Source of the DNA: a bacterium
GTDB lineage: Bacteria; Elusimicrobiota; Elusimicrobia; UBA1565; UBA9628
Assembly: GCA_021810245.1 (NCBI GenBank)
Contig: JAJZJF010000003.1
Location: 1,052-65,051, forward strand
Length of the DNA stretch: 64,000 bases
Reading direction: 5' to 3'
Part shown: positions 64,000 through 64,000 of the stretch, piece after piece
How positions within the stretch are numbered: the first letter of the stretch is position 1
Layout of the letters: every line of letters starts with the position of its first letter
Notes under the pieces: generated by a model
Told to the model about the DNA's origin: nothing
The model's input: the letters and a program-made list of their open reading frames with translations, nothing else
Databases searched by the model: none
Made by a program: the position numbers and the translations under genes

Positions 64000-64000
64000 T

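Noticed and set aside
1-64000. Search for CRISPR arrays, transposases, integrases, phage genes, rRNA, and toxin-antitoxin pairs
   Set aside because: No regularly spaced direct repeats, no recombinase or transposase motifs, no terminal inverted repeats flanking a gene block, and no rRNA-like stretches were seen. The HNH gene is the only nuclease-type singleton, and it has no mobile-element context.

Overview
Gene-dense (about 90% coding) chromosomal segment from a bacterium with a Gram-negative-type envelope (TolC, RND pump, many lipoproteins). It probably comes from an uncultivated, compact-genome lineage. Adjacent genes often overlap by 1-4 nt (ATGA/TTGA/GTGA), and GTG/TTG starts are common. 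Most of the window is housekeeping. It holds the conserved rimP-nusA-infB-rbfA-truB-(riboflavin kinase) block, a roughly 10 kb guaB3-like/guaA/purC/purS/purL/purQ/purF/purD operon, and an ftsX-envC-ctpA-tsaD envelope/division block. It also holds secG-tRNA-Leu(GAG), a copA copper ATPase, a TolC+RND efflux pair, and several RNA-modification genes (tlyA, two rsmE, an RluA-family synthase, a DEAD-box helicase, an ABC-F protein). I found no CRISPR array, transposase, integrase or prophage. The least ordinary region is 53.9-61.2 kb. There an OmpR-family regulator, two hybrid histidine kinases and a single-domain receiver are interleaved with three predicted envelope lipoproteins (LPP20/FlgP-like, FlgT-N-like, FlgO/TolB-N-like), with no flagellar genes nearby. 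Both divergent lipoprotein/kinase intergenic regions carry the same GCTTAA-N5-GCTTAA direct repeat, including an identical 12-mer. The region ends with a terminator-delimited 73-aa internally duplicated basic protein. Other oddities: a 12-bp perfect inverted repeat in front of the gua/pur operon, a tandem-fused PurS, a degenerate FolD paralog beside pterin genes, duplicated folD and rsmE, a translationally coupled HNH-metallophosphoesterase pair, FtsX without FtsE, TolC-RND without an adaptor, and a monofunctional riboflavin kinase whose tail overlaps a NUDIX gene. All functional calls come from motifs read in the supplied translations. No database search was run.
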